Source: Pristiophorus japonicus (lineage: Eukaryota). From it: a DNA stretch of 64,000 nt. The stretch covers positions 25,048,001 through 25,112,000 of the forward strand of contig NC_091997.1 in the NCBI RefSeq assembly GCF_044704955.1. Reading direction: 5' to 3'. A program made the position numbers and the translations under genes. Positions 13,037 to 25,450 of the stretch are shown here, one piece after another. The notes below the pieces were generated by a model. The model saw nothing but the letters and a program-made list of their open reading frames with translations, had not been told where the DNA came from and did no database searches. How positions within the stretch are numbered: the stretch's first letter is position 1; each line of letters starts with the position of its first letter.

Positions 13037-13742
13037 CTTTGTAGCAGTTAAGGTATATATATATATATATATATTTTAAAAAAATGATATAAACAATTTT
13101 TATATATATGTTGTAGATCTACTGTGGCATTGCTCAGGGAGGATGTATTTGACAAGCCTTGCCAGCGACGCCCATATCCTAAGAATAAAAAATAATATAA
13201 ATACTAAAACATTTGTACATGTAACGTGTGTGTATTATATAAGGGTCAAGACCAAGTGCTGCATTTAGGTCAAGCAAGGGTCAAATAAAGGAGAAATAAT
13301 TTTCTCCATGTGTGACCATTTTACAAAGATGATGATACAATGTTAACAAAGCCAAAAAAAAACAATTTAGTTTTTGGTGTAAAATTGCAGTCTTTCTAAG
13401 TTATTTTCCTAATATTTTAGGTTCTGGCAGCCATTGCAGCACTTTTGGGATTCAGGTTCTTAACAGCTTCATATTTGGACGCAAGAGATTTTATAACGGA
13501 CACACATACGCGCACAGCCTTCGCCACACAGTGGTAGCTTAAAGCTATTACACATCAACGGGTATAGCACTATAAAAGGAGTTTGTGTACTTTGTAGATA
13601 TTTCTGGCACTAATTAATAATGAAAATTTTAAAGTACAAATGTAATAAATTATACAGTAAAGCTCAAACACACACACACACAATCAGTATCCATTACAAC
13701 AATTATGCACATAAAATGTCACTTTACAATGAGAAAGGATAC
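13037..13742 (-). other. U12-type (minor spliceosome) GT-AG intron of DBF4B
   Basis: 5'ss GTATCCTTTC. Branch point CCTTAAC at 13053-13047, then TGCTACAAAG to the acceptor, with no polypyrimidine tract. Confidence 0.9.
13054..13074. repeat. (TA)n microsatellite abutting the U12 branch point
   Basis: Direct reading. Confidence 0.95.
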
Positions 13743-13812
13743 CATCAAGATGTAGGATTTTCACTCCCCAGGAACGTGCATTGGCCAAAATACTGTTACC
13801 ACCGCCACATTC
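13743..13812 (-). CDS. DBF4B: DBF4B exon, end of motif N (ECGGGNSILANARSWGVKILHLD)
   Basis: gacag acceptor, 70 nt. NARSWGV matches DBF4B better than the NALSWGV I recall for DBF4. Confidence 0.94.
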
Positions 13813-14429
13813 CTGTCAGAAGAAAAAAAATTGAAGAGGGCATTTTAGCAGTATTGCTTTGAAGTTTTTGCATTTGAAAATCATGTTAAACACAAGTAAG
13901 TTTTCTCTATGCTGATAGAGCCAACAATAGCTCTACAATAATCCAGCCAGTATATTCACAAAACTGTCAAATTCAAGCTTACTCAATTACATGAAATTAC
14001 AGATGGTTTCACTTCTGCAGCATAATTCTGTAAAGAAAGGACAAGAATAGTCTATTTTGTACTTATCCTCAGAATCCAGTGAAAATTTAGCAGTCAACAT
14101 TAAAAAGTGAAAGAAAAGACCATTTGGTCTATTGAAGATCTCTCTATTGCCCTAAATCTTCAATCTTTGCATCAATTGTTTTTTGAAAAGTCTTAATGCC
14201 TTTGTCTCTACCACTCTGCCAGGCAGATTACTCCAGACTTTTTACCATTTGGGGGGAAAAAGATAACTATTTTCCAACTTATTTTTCACTCATTCATGTC
14301 CTTCTGTTCTACTTTTCTGGCCTACACTAAAGTAATAATCTGAGTTTACTGAATACCATTTTTTTTGTGTAATACCTTGATGGGGTCTCCCCATAACTCC
14401 TGTTTTTGAGCTTCTCTAATTTTTCATCA

Positions 14430-15172
14430 AATGGCATTTACTGTGGACAAATGCAAGATAATGAGACAAAGAGAAATAAACAGTGGGAATGTAAACTAAA
14501 TGCACTAGACTATAGGACAACACAAGACAGGAATCTGGAGGAATTGATGGATAGCTCAAATGAAACTGACAGTTGTATCAGGGCAGCAGTAAGAAAAACT
14601 AACTGAACCATAGACTGACTGTGCAGAGCATTGGTGAGACCACATCTGGAGTACTGCGTACAATATTGGTCTCCTTACTTGCATTGGAGGCAGTTCAGAG
14701 AAGATTCTCGAGGTTGATTCCTGAGATGAAGGGGTTGTCATATAAAGAAAGGTTGAGCAGGTTGGGCCTATACTCACAGAGGTGATCTTATTGAAGTGTA
14801 TAAGATTCTGAGGGGGCTTGACATGGTAGATGCAGAGAGGATGTTTCCCTTCATGGGGAATCTAGAACTAGGGGGCATAGTTTCAGAATAAGGGGTCGCC
14901 CATTTAAAACAGAAATGAGGAGGAATTTCTTCTCAGAGGGTTGTGAATCTTTGAAATCTCTGTCCCAGAGAGCTGTGGAGGCTGGGTCACTGAATATATT
15001 TAAGGTGGAGATCGACGGATTTTTGTGAGATAAGGGAGTCAAGGGTTATGGGGAGAGGGCGGTGAAGTGGAGTTGGGGCCAAGATCTGATCAGCCATGAT
15101 ATTGAATAGTGGTGCAGGCTCGTGGGGCCTGATGGCCTATTTCTGCTCCTATTTCTTATGTTCATTGTTCTT
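14430..15172 (+). mobile_element. CR1 LINE 3' fragment
   Basis: Decayed LVRPHLEYCVQ region; tail cctatttcttatgttc. Confidence 0.85.
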
Positions 15173-15319
15173 AGAGCGATAGAGCACACATTACGGAATG
15201 ATAAAGACTGTACAAGACACTGGTACAGTCATATGCAACTATACACCCGTGCAGGCAGTGAACACAAAAGGAGGCTCGGAGCCTGAGGACAAGCGATGTA
15301 TTAAGTTCATTAGACTCAG

Positions 15320-17365
15320 GAACATAGGAACAGAAGGCCATTCAGCCCCTCAAGCCTGCTCCACCATTCAATGAAATCATGGCTGATCTGCAACCCAACT
15401 CCATATACCCACCTTTGGCCCATATCCCTTAATACCTTTGGTTAACAGAAAGCTTCAAATTAACAATTGATCTAGCATCAATTGCCGTTTGCAGAAGAGA
15501 GCTCCAAACTTCTATCAACCTTTGTGTAGAAGGGTTTCCTAATTTCACTCCTGAAAGTCTTAAAAATTAGAACCAGACCTATGTCCCCTAGTCCTAGAAT
15601 CCCCAACCAGTAGAAATAGTTTCTCTCTATCTCCCCTGTCTGTTCCTCATAATATCTTGAAAACTTTGATCAGATCACCCCTAAATTCTTGGGAATACAT
15701 CCCTAATTTGAGTAATCTCTCCTCGTAACTTAACCCTCGAAGTCCGGGTATCATTCTGGTAAACCTACGCTGCACTTCCTCCAAAGCGAATATATCCTTC
15801 CTAAGGTGTGGTGCCCAGAACTGCTCAGTGCTCCAGGTGTGGTCCAAACAGAGTTTTGAATAGCTGCAGCATAACTTCTGCCCCCTTGTATTCTAGTCCT
15901 CTAAATATAAAGGCCAGTATCCCATTAGCCTTTTTGATTATTTTCTGTACCTGTTCGTGACATTTTAATGATCTATGTACCTGGACCGCCCCCCTCTCTT
16001 TGGACCTTCAGTTTTTAGCCTTTCACCATTTATAAAAGTACCCTGTTCTATCCGTTTTAGGTCCAGAGTGGATGACTTCACATTTGCCTACATTGAAATC
16101 AATTTGCCACAGTTTTGCCCATTCACTTAATCTGTCGCTATCCTTTTGTAATTTTATATTTCTATCTACACTGCCTACAATGCCACCTATCTTTGTGTCA
16201 TTGGCAAATTTGGATATACGACTTTCTATGCCATCATCTAAGTCATTAATAAATACTGTGAATAGTTGAGTACCTACCCATTATCCCTACTGCCCATCTC
16301 CTGCTGATCATCCAATTTCCTAACCAGGTCAATAATTTGCCCTCAATTCTGTGGGCTTCTACGTTAGTTAACAGTCTCTTATATGTGACTTTATCAAATG
16401 CCTTATGGAAGCCCATATAAATAACATCCATAGACATTCCAGTGTCCACTTCTTTAGTCACCTGTTCAAAAAATTAAAATCAGGTTTGTCAGGCATGACC
16501 TACCTTTCACAAATCCATGCTGGCTCTCTATGATCAACTGAAAATTTGAGGTGATCACCACCCTATTCTTAATTATAGACTCTCGCAATTTCCCAACAAA
16601 TGTCAGGCTAACTGGCCTATAAATTCCATGATTTCTCTCTCACCATTTTTAAGTAGCGGAGTGACATGCGCAATTTTCCAATCTAAAGGAACGGTACCTG
16701 AATCGAGAGAACTTTGGAAGATTATAGTTCTGGCATCTGCAATGTGCTCACCTATTTCCTTTAAAACCCTGGGATTTGTCACTCTATAGCGCCATTATTT
16801 TCTTCATTACTGTTATTTTACTTACATTAATTTTATTGAGTCCCTGATTCAGTACTAGTTTCCTTGGGATTTCTGGCATGCTATACTCTTCCTCTACTGT
16901 AAATACTGACGCAAAGTAATTATTCAACATGTCGGCCATTTCCTTATCATTGATAATATCACCGCTTTCAGTTTTTAAGGGGCCAACATTACTACTGACT
17001 ACCCTCTTTTTCCTAATACAATTGTGTATTGATTTTGATATCCCTTGCAGGTATCTTTTCATACTCTCCTTTTGTAGCTCTTACTATCCGTTTTTTGACC
17101 CTTTGCTGTTCTTTGTACCTTTCCCGTTCTTTGTACCTTTCCCATTTGCCAGGTTCTGTACTATTTTTGCATGCTTTTTCTTCTCGTTTTATGCTGTCCC
17201 CTACCTCTTTAGTCGTCCATGGCTGTTTTTTTTTGGCAAGTAGAGCTCTTGCCCCTCAGGGGTATAAACTGGTTCTGTATCACCATAAATTCTTTTTTGA
17301 ACATCTCCCTCTGATCTTGTGGTGTTTTACCCATTAACAGATTTGCCCAGTTTACTGTGGACAGT
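15320..17365 (-). mobile_element. CR1 LINE ORF2 fragment (decayed RT)
   Basis: ORFs with QFWAPHLRKD, DVIYMGFHKAFDKV and MADMLNNYFASVF; gaacataggaac tail. Confidence 0.9.
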
Positions 17366-17689
17366 CACTGATGCAATGCAAATTAGGTAGCTCCTCATAA
17401 TGTAGCAAGAGTTCTTGAGCAGTACTCCAACTGTAGTGTACGAGTAGCTAGATACCAAACAGAACAGGACTCCGGTTGATATTTACCTTCTGTATCCCCA
17501 GAGGCCAATTACACACCTCCACTGCTAAACCCACTAATAGACCAAAGATTGAATTTAGGACCTTTCGGTTCATATTGCTCCATATCAGAACTTATTCATA
17601 AGCCACAATCAACCTTTGTGGATTAAATGGAAAACATTCTAACATCTGGTTTTAACAATTAATTGAATGTTGACAAAATAGCTTCTTAC

Positions 17690-17740
17690 ATTGTTCTTGA
17701 TCACCGTTTCAAGTAGTCTCTTTCCCCTGCTGATCTGCAT
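17690..17740 (-). CDS. DBF4B: DBF4B exon (MQISRGKRLLETVIKNN)
   Basis: tttcag acceptor, gtaaga donor, 51 nt. SRGKxLL motif of vertebrate Dbf4 proteins. Confidence 0.92.
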
Positions 17741-18604
17741 CTGAAAGAAAGATTAGTTACAAACACCAGAATAATATTTCAGGACAGTACACTTCTGGAA
17801 AGATGGATGTCACTGCAGTGCGAAAATAACCACATCTAGATGTCAAAACTGACTACTTGGCACCTATCGCTTTACTCTTTCCCCAGTTGAAAAATCAGGT
17901 GCAACATTATTAGAAAATAAATTAGTTTCAAATTTCACATTAAAAATATATCTCATTGCACACATTTGTAATATGTAGTTCCACGAGGAAATCCTGAAAC
18001 AGTAGCACATGTTCAGTAACCCATGTTAAAAGCAATGGGCCAAATTGTAATATTCTGGAAATAGCAACTGCAATTAGTCTTAGCATCACTGGGCTAATAG
18101 GGGGATGGAGATTTTCCATCCAGATCATGATCTAGCAACACTTAGTGTATGAGCCCATTGACAGAATCAGGTAATGACTCCTACAGTCAAATAGTCTACT
18201 GACACATAATGTTAACAATCATATGAAAAACAGGTGATTGGGAAGGATAGCATCTGTGGAATTAAACTTTAGCATTGGGCACCCCTTTGGGAGAATAATT
18301 ACCAGTATAGTCAGCCAAACAACTGCAGCATAATTTTCAGGAAGGGCTCTGGATATTTTAATCATATCCATTTTTAAGAACTGAAAATATCTGCAAGCTA
18401 CAACCAAGCGTAGCAAAATTGTGAAAATTCCCATTGGCATATTGGATACTTTCAATTCTAAATCTAATGAGCCATCAGCAATCAGGCGATTGCCAACTTG
18501 AAATAGCACAAGGAGTGGCTTGGACAACCCTCCATTTGAGGAAACACCCATGCAACAATTTGTAATGCAGCTGGTGGTTGATATCAGGATCTCACCAATG
18601 TGGG

Positions 18605-18849
18605 GCGCCTACATCCGGGCCAGGGTGTCCTTAGAGATGGAGCACGCGGTGTCCACCGGCATGCTCGCGGCCTTCCGCGAGAGGTGGGCGCCGGAGGGAC
18701 TGGAGTGCATTATCACCCCCGGCAATCAAATTTTAATTTGATTTTATGTTTTAAAGTTTAATTTGTTTTAATTGCCGGGGTTGTTAGTGTCCCCCTCCCC
18801 TTTTATAGGGGGCACTTGTAAAATTTATGATTTTATTGCCCCAAAAAAA
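18605..18849 (+). mobile_element. Tx1/L1-clade LINE 3' end with TSD
   Basis: Encodes YIRARVSLEMEHAVSTG..AFRERWAP..ILI*; A-run end; 13-bp TSD tcaccaatgtggg / tcagcaatgtggg. Confidence 0.7.
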
Positions 18850-19164
18850 TCAGCAATGTGGGAGTGATAAAACCCCCAAGAAACTTGTATTCGCCACAGT
18901 TACCACCGAGTCCACTCATGATTTAAGTGCCTAAAGCGCACACACACACAAAATTGATCTTAATTCTGCTGATCTAGTTAACTAAACAGTTGCGCAAACA
19001 ATAAACTCAGCCCAAAAGAACTGCAAATTACTTCAATTAGCACTAGACAGGTCAAAAACAAGACTCTTAGCTCAGTAGATGCCATTAAATAGCAATTGTG
19101 CATCTTTATTTTATAGAGCAACAGAATGCACGCATACATAATCTCTGCTGGTTTGCTCACTTAC

Positions 19165-19332
19165 CATCTGCCCATCTTTATGATTGACTGAATGATAGGA
19201 ACTAGTTTGGTTGTTTTTCAAATATTCCTTGTTTGGAACAGATGCTAAATTGGCTGATTTACTCCCAAGCTTTGCCTCCTTGCTGTTGGAAATCACATAA
19301 CTCACTTCTTTACTGAGAAAACTTTCTATTGT
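19165..19332 (-). CDS. DBF4B: DBF4B exon, motif N (TIESFLSKEVSYVISNSKEAK...)
   Basis: tttcag acceptor, gtaagt donor, 168 nt. FLSKEVSY is a motif N signature. Confidence 0.94.
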
Positions 19333-19659
19333 CTGAAATTCAGAGAGAAAAAAGTGTCCATGTTAGGAGAAAATAAAATGAACCTACAAAAATGTAACTA
19401 TATATAAAACAAAAACATTGTTCACTGTTGAATATAATTTCCCAACACAACACAGGGTAAAGTTCAGATAAGTGACTTTACATTTGTTTTGAACATTGCA
19501 TCATAGCAAAATTAAATAATACTGCAAAATGCGTCCCATTGAATAGACTCAGTGAAGATATTCCAATAATGGACGAGATATTGGAAAGCATCTGGTCGTC
19601 CACCATCTGCAGATAAGGTTGCCAATAAGAGTCACCGGATAACAATTATTAGCAGACAA

Positions 19660-19815
19660 CAATGTTCCCGTTAAGTTGCACGGCCGCAGAGCAGTGTGGG
19701 GGTTGCATGCAGGCCGCTCACCAGCTTTTGAATGGAAAAACCGCGCATGCGTGGAAATGTGAATGGGCTGTGCTCAACGGGCCGCGCACCCCCCCAAAAA
19801 TTAGAGGGAACACTG
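19660..19815. mobile_element. hAT-type MITE, 156 bp
   Basis: TIRs CAATGTTCCCGTTAA / TTAGAGGGAACACTG; 8-bp TSD gcagacaa / gcagacac. Confidence 0.75.
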
Positions 19816-20811
19816 GCAGACACCCTGGAAAACTTTCGCACACCGTCCCCCATCTTAACCTGGGGCACTGAGTCGAATTGTAGCTCCCATACTGCTATCT
19901 CCAATAATTCAGCTAATTTAGCACAAACCAGGTAACACACCTTGGAACTTCCTGGTTTGTGTTCTCAGCTACTTACTGGACAAACCAGCTTTGCTACAGA
20001 GGAAGTCCTCTTAACAAGCTTCAGTCCTTCGGCAGCTGTATTCAGAATTGCCAATGTCAACAAAAAGCAGAGCTCCTTGTTCTAGATTTGCAACAGTTAA
20101 CAAAGTAGGAGATGGTGAAGGGTTCCCACAATTGTTTTTCAAAATTATATGACTAATATATGATGGAATGCTCCCCCTGCCAAGATGCTCCAAATTTGTT
20201 CTTTGTAACATGAAATCTCATTTAGATTTAAACAAACAACCCTCACCTAGTCAGTCTGGTAAAAGTTAGGCTGAGGTTTCAATTAACAACAATTACGAGC
20301 TAAGCTTAATTCTTCTATCCTCATAAGAATATAATGTTGAAGTGATTACCCACTCAATTGTTTTTCTTCCTTAGCCCCTTTTCTATCGAAGATACTGAAC
20401 TGTCCTGTGGTACATCTTCATAGTACAGTAACTAATAATGGAAATCCTAAAAATAGTACCAGGATCCTCATCCTTCAATAATTCTTGGTATACACCATAT
20501 GATCCAGATGTCCTGTATGTATTTCATCATTACATGCTTTACTGATTTTATATTGATGTAAAGTAACCGGATCCAGAATTGGTCACAATTCTTCATTAAA
20601 GACTGATGCGATTAATTAATTTAACACCTTTGTTCCTTGATCCTTGGGGACAACAGTATTATACTTAACCCTCAAACAACCTAACTGGCATTTTAAAGTC
20701 CTTTACATCTTTTAATCCATCTTGCTGCTGTCAGTTAACAGAAGCCAGATATGGACGAGGAAAGATATTCAACCCACCTCAGTTCATTCATCCACAATGT
20801 ACAGAACCCTT

Positions 20812-21502
20812 CGGCCGCCTGCGGAAGAGAGTGTTTGAAGACCAGGCCCTCAAATCTACCACCAAACTCATGGTTTACAGGGTTGTAGTAATATCCGCCC
20901 TCCTGTATGAGTCTGAGGCACCTCAAGTCGCTGGAGATATATCACCAACGATGTCTCCGCAAGATCCTGCAAATCTCCTGGGAGAACAGGCGCACCAACA
21001 TCAGTGCCCCCGACCAGGCTAACATCCCCAGTATTGAAGCACTGACCACAATCGATCAGCTTCGCTGGGCAGGCCACATAGTACGCATGCCAGATACGAG
21101 ACTCCCTAAGCAAATGCTTTATGCAGAGATTCTTCCATGGTAAATGAGCCAAAGGAGGACAGCGGAAAAGTTACAAGGACACCCTCAAAGCCTCGCTGGT
21201 AAAGTGCGACATCACCACTGACACCTGGGAGACCCTGGCCGCAGACCGCCCAGGTGGAGAAAGTCCATCCGGGAGGGCGTTGAGCTCTTTGAGTCTCGAC
21301 GCAAGGAGCATGAAGAGGCCAGGCGCAGGCAGCGGAAGGAGTGGGCGGCAAACCAGCCCTACCAACCCGTTCCCCCGACGAATGTCTGTCCCACTTGTAA
21401 CAGGGTCTGTGGCTCTCGTATCGGACTGTTCAGCCATCAAATAACTCACTTTGGCAGTGGAAGCAAGTCCTCCTCAATTCCGAGGGACTGCCTATGATGA
21501 TG
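20812..21502 (+). mobile_element. RTE-clade LINE 3' fragment
   Basis: YHQRCLRKILQISW..LRWAGHIVRMPDTRLPKQ; (ATG)n tail; 11-bp TSD acagaaccctt at 20801-20811 and 21503-21513. Confidence 0.92.
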
Positions 21503-22114
21503 ACAGAACCCTTATCACAGCATACAGTCGTTTCATGAATGATTTTGATTCCACGACTCTACCTAGAAGCCCATTTCCTATGATCAGTTTATGTTAAGCA
21601 CTTGCTGACATCGGTGTTAAATTTCCATTTCAGTAGTTTGAACTAGTGTCTCCATATCGTACTGCCAGAGCTTAATTTGTAATTGTTTTGGATTTATCTT
21701 GTAAACTTCTGTAACAGCACCTTTCAAAAGCCTAGGTCTCTTCAGTCTTTCCTCATAACTTAGTCCTCTAGTCTCTTCGAATATGGATAGTTGAAGATAA
21801 CTAATTACTGTATGACCAAGTCCCCCTCACTAATTAGTATTAAATGTACTTTAAAATACTTCTGCTTAGTGTTTGGGTTATTTTCAAACTCCTTATTCAA
21901 CCAAAGTGAACCCATAATTTACTGCATAACTGCCTGGAAACAAACCGTTTGTTATGCAATTTTTCATTTCAATTTGGGACAATTTCTTAATCATAATTAA
22001 ATCCTTGGAGATGGTTAGAATATTCTTGTAAAATTGATCAAAATATTAAATAGGCAAAAAAACAAGCAATGATAGTGTTAATGGGGATTCTGTTATAATT
22101 AGCATTGTACATAC

Positions 22115-22255
22115 CCCTCCCAATTTCTTCACAACATCCTCCAGGAATTTGGTGTTCTTATTGTTTGGAAGATCTAGGTAAAATGCCTTCCCAGAAATTG
22201 GGCAATTCCTCACTGGGCCATCCTCATCCCCTTGGACCAAGCACCTGCGTGGCAT
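22115..22255 (-). CDS. DBF4B: DBF4B exon 2 coding part, start of motif N (MPRRCL...ISGKAFYLDLP...KKLGG); the exon begins at 22289
   Basis: GKxFYLDLP...LGG signature, gtatgt donor, ttattag acceptor at 22291-22290. The start ATG at 22255 (aagATGc) is inferred. Confidence 0.85.
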
Positions 22256-22807
22256 CTTCTGTGGTTCAAGTGTCCCTGCAGAATTTCTTCTAATAAAAAG
22301 AAAAGAAAACAAACAATTCTACTTGGAGTCAGAAATTTGCAGATCAAACATTTCAAATCCACTTGAAGCTGAATATCAAAGAGGTAATCGGAACAGGTCG
22401 TTCTGCTCCATAAGCAGTTTATATATTACTCTAGTGCTGTTGGCTCGTATTGTATAGGAATTGCTTATCCAGCAGCAACAAAGTAAACTTGCTGGTGATC
22501 ATGAAGACCCAGTCATAAAAAAGGGGTTCCCCAGCCAACGGCCTTAGCAAATAAAGTAAGTTAATTTTGGCGTTACTGCTGGTTCGGATACACATGCACC
22601 GGAGCCAATGGCACTAAATGCAAGAAGAAAGCAGCTTTAAAATACTATTTATTTTAGGACCATAAGTGTCCCTCATCCCACTGACCGAACCATTCTGGAA
22701 ATTGGGACTGGCTCAGATATGAGGTTGTTTACAAATGCTGAAATGCGAGAGGTCCCGGATTCAAATCCTGGACGTGCCCTGCTACTTTCCACTTTTACTC
22801 AGAAAAA

Positions 22808-24285
22808 AACAACAACTTGTATTTATATAGCACTTTTAATGTCGTAAAATGTCCCAAGGAAATTCACAGGAGCGTTATAAAATAAAATTTGACACCAAGC
22901 CACATATCAGGGCAGGTTGGTCACAGTAGGAGGTTTTAAGGAGCATCTTCAAGGAAGATAGAGAGGTAGAGAGGCGGAGAGGTTTAGGGAGGAAATTCCA
23001 GAGCTTAGAGCCCTGGCAGCTGAAGGCACGGCCACCAATGGTAGAGTGATTGAAATAGGGGATGCTCAAGAAGCCAGAATTAGAGGAACGCAGATATCGG
23101 AGGGTTTTGGATGACCTCAAGTTTACGGAGAGTAGAGCATGGGAGGTCGGACAGGAGTGTGTTGGAATAGTCAAGTCCAGAGGTAGCAAAGACATGGATG
23201 AGGGTTTCAGCAGCGAATGAGCTGAGGCAGGGACATAGTCGGGCGAAGTTCTGGAAGTGGAAATAGGCAATCCTAGTGATGGTGCGGAAAAGTGGTGAAC
23301 TCATTTTCGGGTCAAATATGACACCAAGGTTGCAAACAGTCTGGTTCAGCCTCAGACAATTGTCAGGGAGTGGGATGGAGTGGGTAGCTAGGGCACAGAG
23401 TTTGTGATGGAAACTGAAGACAATGGTTTCAGTTTTCCCAATATTAAGTTGGAGGAAGTTTTTGTTCATCCAGCACTGGATTTCGGACAAGCAGTCTGAC
23501 AATTTAGAGACAGCAGAAGGATAAAAAGAGAGGTGGTGGTGAGGTAAAAGTGGGTGTCGGCAGCAGTGTATATATGGAAACTGACACTGTTTTCGGATGA
23601 TGTTGCTGAGGGACAGTATGAAGATGAGAAACAGGAGGGGGCCAAGGATAGATCCTAAGGGGACACCAGGGGCAGCAATGCAGGAGTGGGAAGAGAAGCC
23701 ATTGCAGGTGATTCTCTGGCTACAATTAGATAGACAAGAATGGATCCAGGTGAGTACAGTCTCACCCAGCTGGATGACAGAGGAGAGGGGTTGGAGAAGG
23801 ATGGAGTGGTGAACAGAGACATAGAGAGAAAGACAAGGAGGGTTAGTTTATCTTTGTCAGTCACATTGGATGTCATTTGTGACTTTGATAAGAGCTGTTT
23901 AGGTACTGTGGCAGTGCGGAAACCTGATTGGAGGGATTTAAACAAGGAGTTCCAGGAAAGATGGGCATGGATTTGGGAGGCGACAACACAAGTCAGGGAC
24001 TTGGGAGAGGAAAGGGAGGTTGAAGATGGACTGGTAGTTTGCAAGGATGGAGAGATCAAGGGTTGGCTTTTTGAGGAGTGGTTGTGATGGCAGATTTGAA
24101 GGAGACTGGGACAGTACCCGAGGAGAGAGAACCGTTAACAATATCAGCTCATATGGGCACCAGGAAGGGAAGTTGGGTAGTCAGCAGTTTAGTCAAGGGA
24201 GCAGGAAGTGGGTCTCATGGACAAGATGAGCTCAGCGAGAGCATGGCTGGAGATAGGAGAGAAACTAGAGAAAGACACGAGAAAG
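22808..24285 (-). mobile_element. L2 LINE 3' part
   Basis: DCLSEIQCWMNKNFLQLNIGKTE, ETLIHVFATSGLDYSN; (TTG)n tail. Confidence 0.88.
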
Positions 24286-24713
24286 AAAGTAGAAAAAAAG
24301 CCCATCTTTTGTTATTGCCTCACTCACGCTCAATTTATACATTTCTGTGTAGCACTGTAACTCATGTTTATTAAACTTCATGGTCCCTGAAATTATTAGA
24401 TTCCTGTAATAAACTAGTTTTGCTGCCTTTCTGCTGTATTTCTGACAATGGGCGCCAACCCGACTTCAGGATAAAAATGACAGCTATAAAAACGGACATA
24501 GGCTTGAGTATTAAAATAAGCCACTGCAAAGCCCCACCAGAAAAGGCAAACTTTTAAAGTTAAAAAAGAACAAAGTCTGGATGGCCAAGCAAAACACCAT
24601 TCACATTTTAATGACTCAAAAGTACTGTCTCATCAACTCGTTTCAGTATCTACTGCATTTGGGTATGCATCCTTCCCTAAATTCACAACGTAAAATAGAA
24701 GAATTATAACCAA

Positions 24714-25450
24714 TCATCATCATCATTGGCAGTCCCTCAGAATCGAGGAAGACTTGCTTCCACTCTAAAAATATATGAGTTCTTAGGTGACGGAACAGTC
24801 CAATACGAGAAGCACAGTCCCTGTCACAGGTGGGACAGACATTCGTTGAGGGAAAAGGTGGGTGGGACTGGTTTGCCGCACGCTCTTTCTACTGCCTGCG
24901 CTTGTTTTCTGCATGCTCTCAGCGATGAGACTCAAGGTGCTCAGCACCCTCCTGGATGCACTTTCTCCACTTAGGGCGATCTTTGGCCAGGGACTCCCAG
25001 GTGTCAGTGGGGATGTTGCACTTTATCAAGGAGGCTTTGAGGGTGTCTTTGAAACGTTTCCTCTGCCCACCTTTGGCTCATTTGCCGTGAAGGAGTTCCG
25101 AGTAGAGCGCTTGCTTTGGGAGTCTCGTGTCAGGCATGCAAACAGTGAGGCCTGCCCAGCGGAACTGATTGAGTGTGGTCAATGCTTCAATGCTGGGGAT
25201 TTTGGCCTGGTCGAGGACGCTAACGTTGGTGCGTCTGTCCTCCCAGGGGATTTGCAGGATCTTGCGGAGACACCGTTGATGGTATTTCTCCAGCAACTTG
25301 AGGAGTCTACTGTACATGGTTCCATGTCTCTGAGCCATACAAGAGGGTGGGTATCACTACAGTCCTGTAGACCACGAGCTTGGTGGTCCATTTGAGGGCT
25401 TGGTCTTCAAACACTCTTTTCTTCAGGCGGTCGAAGGCTGCACTGGCGGC
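24714..25450 (-). mobile_element. RTE-clade LINE 3' fragment
   Basis: KYHQRCLRKILQIPWEDRRTN; (ATG)n tail; same region as the 20812 copy, inverted. Confidence 0.92.
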
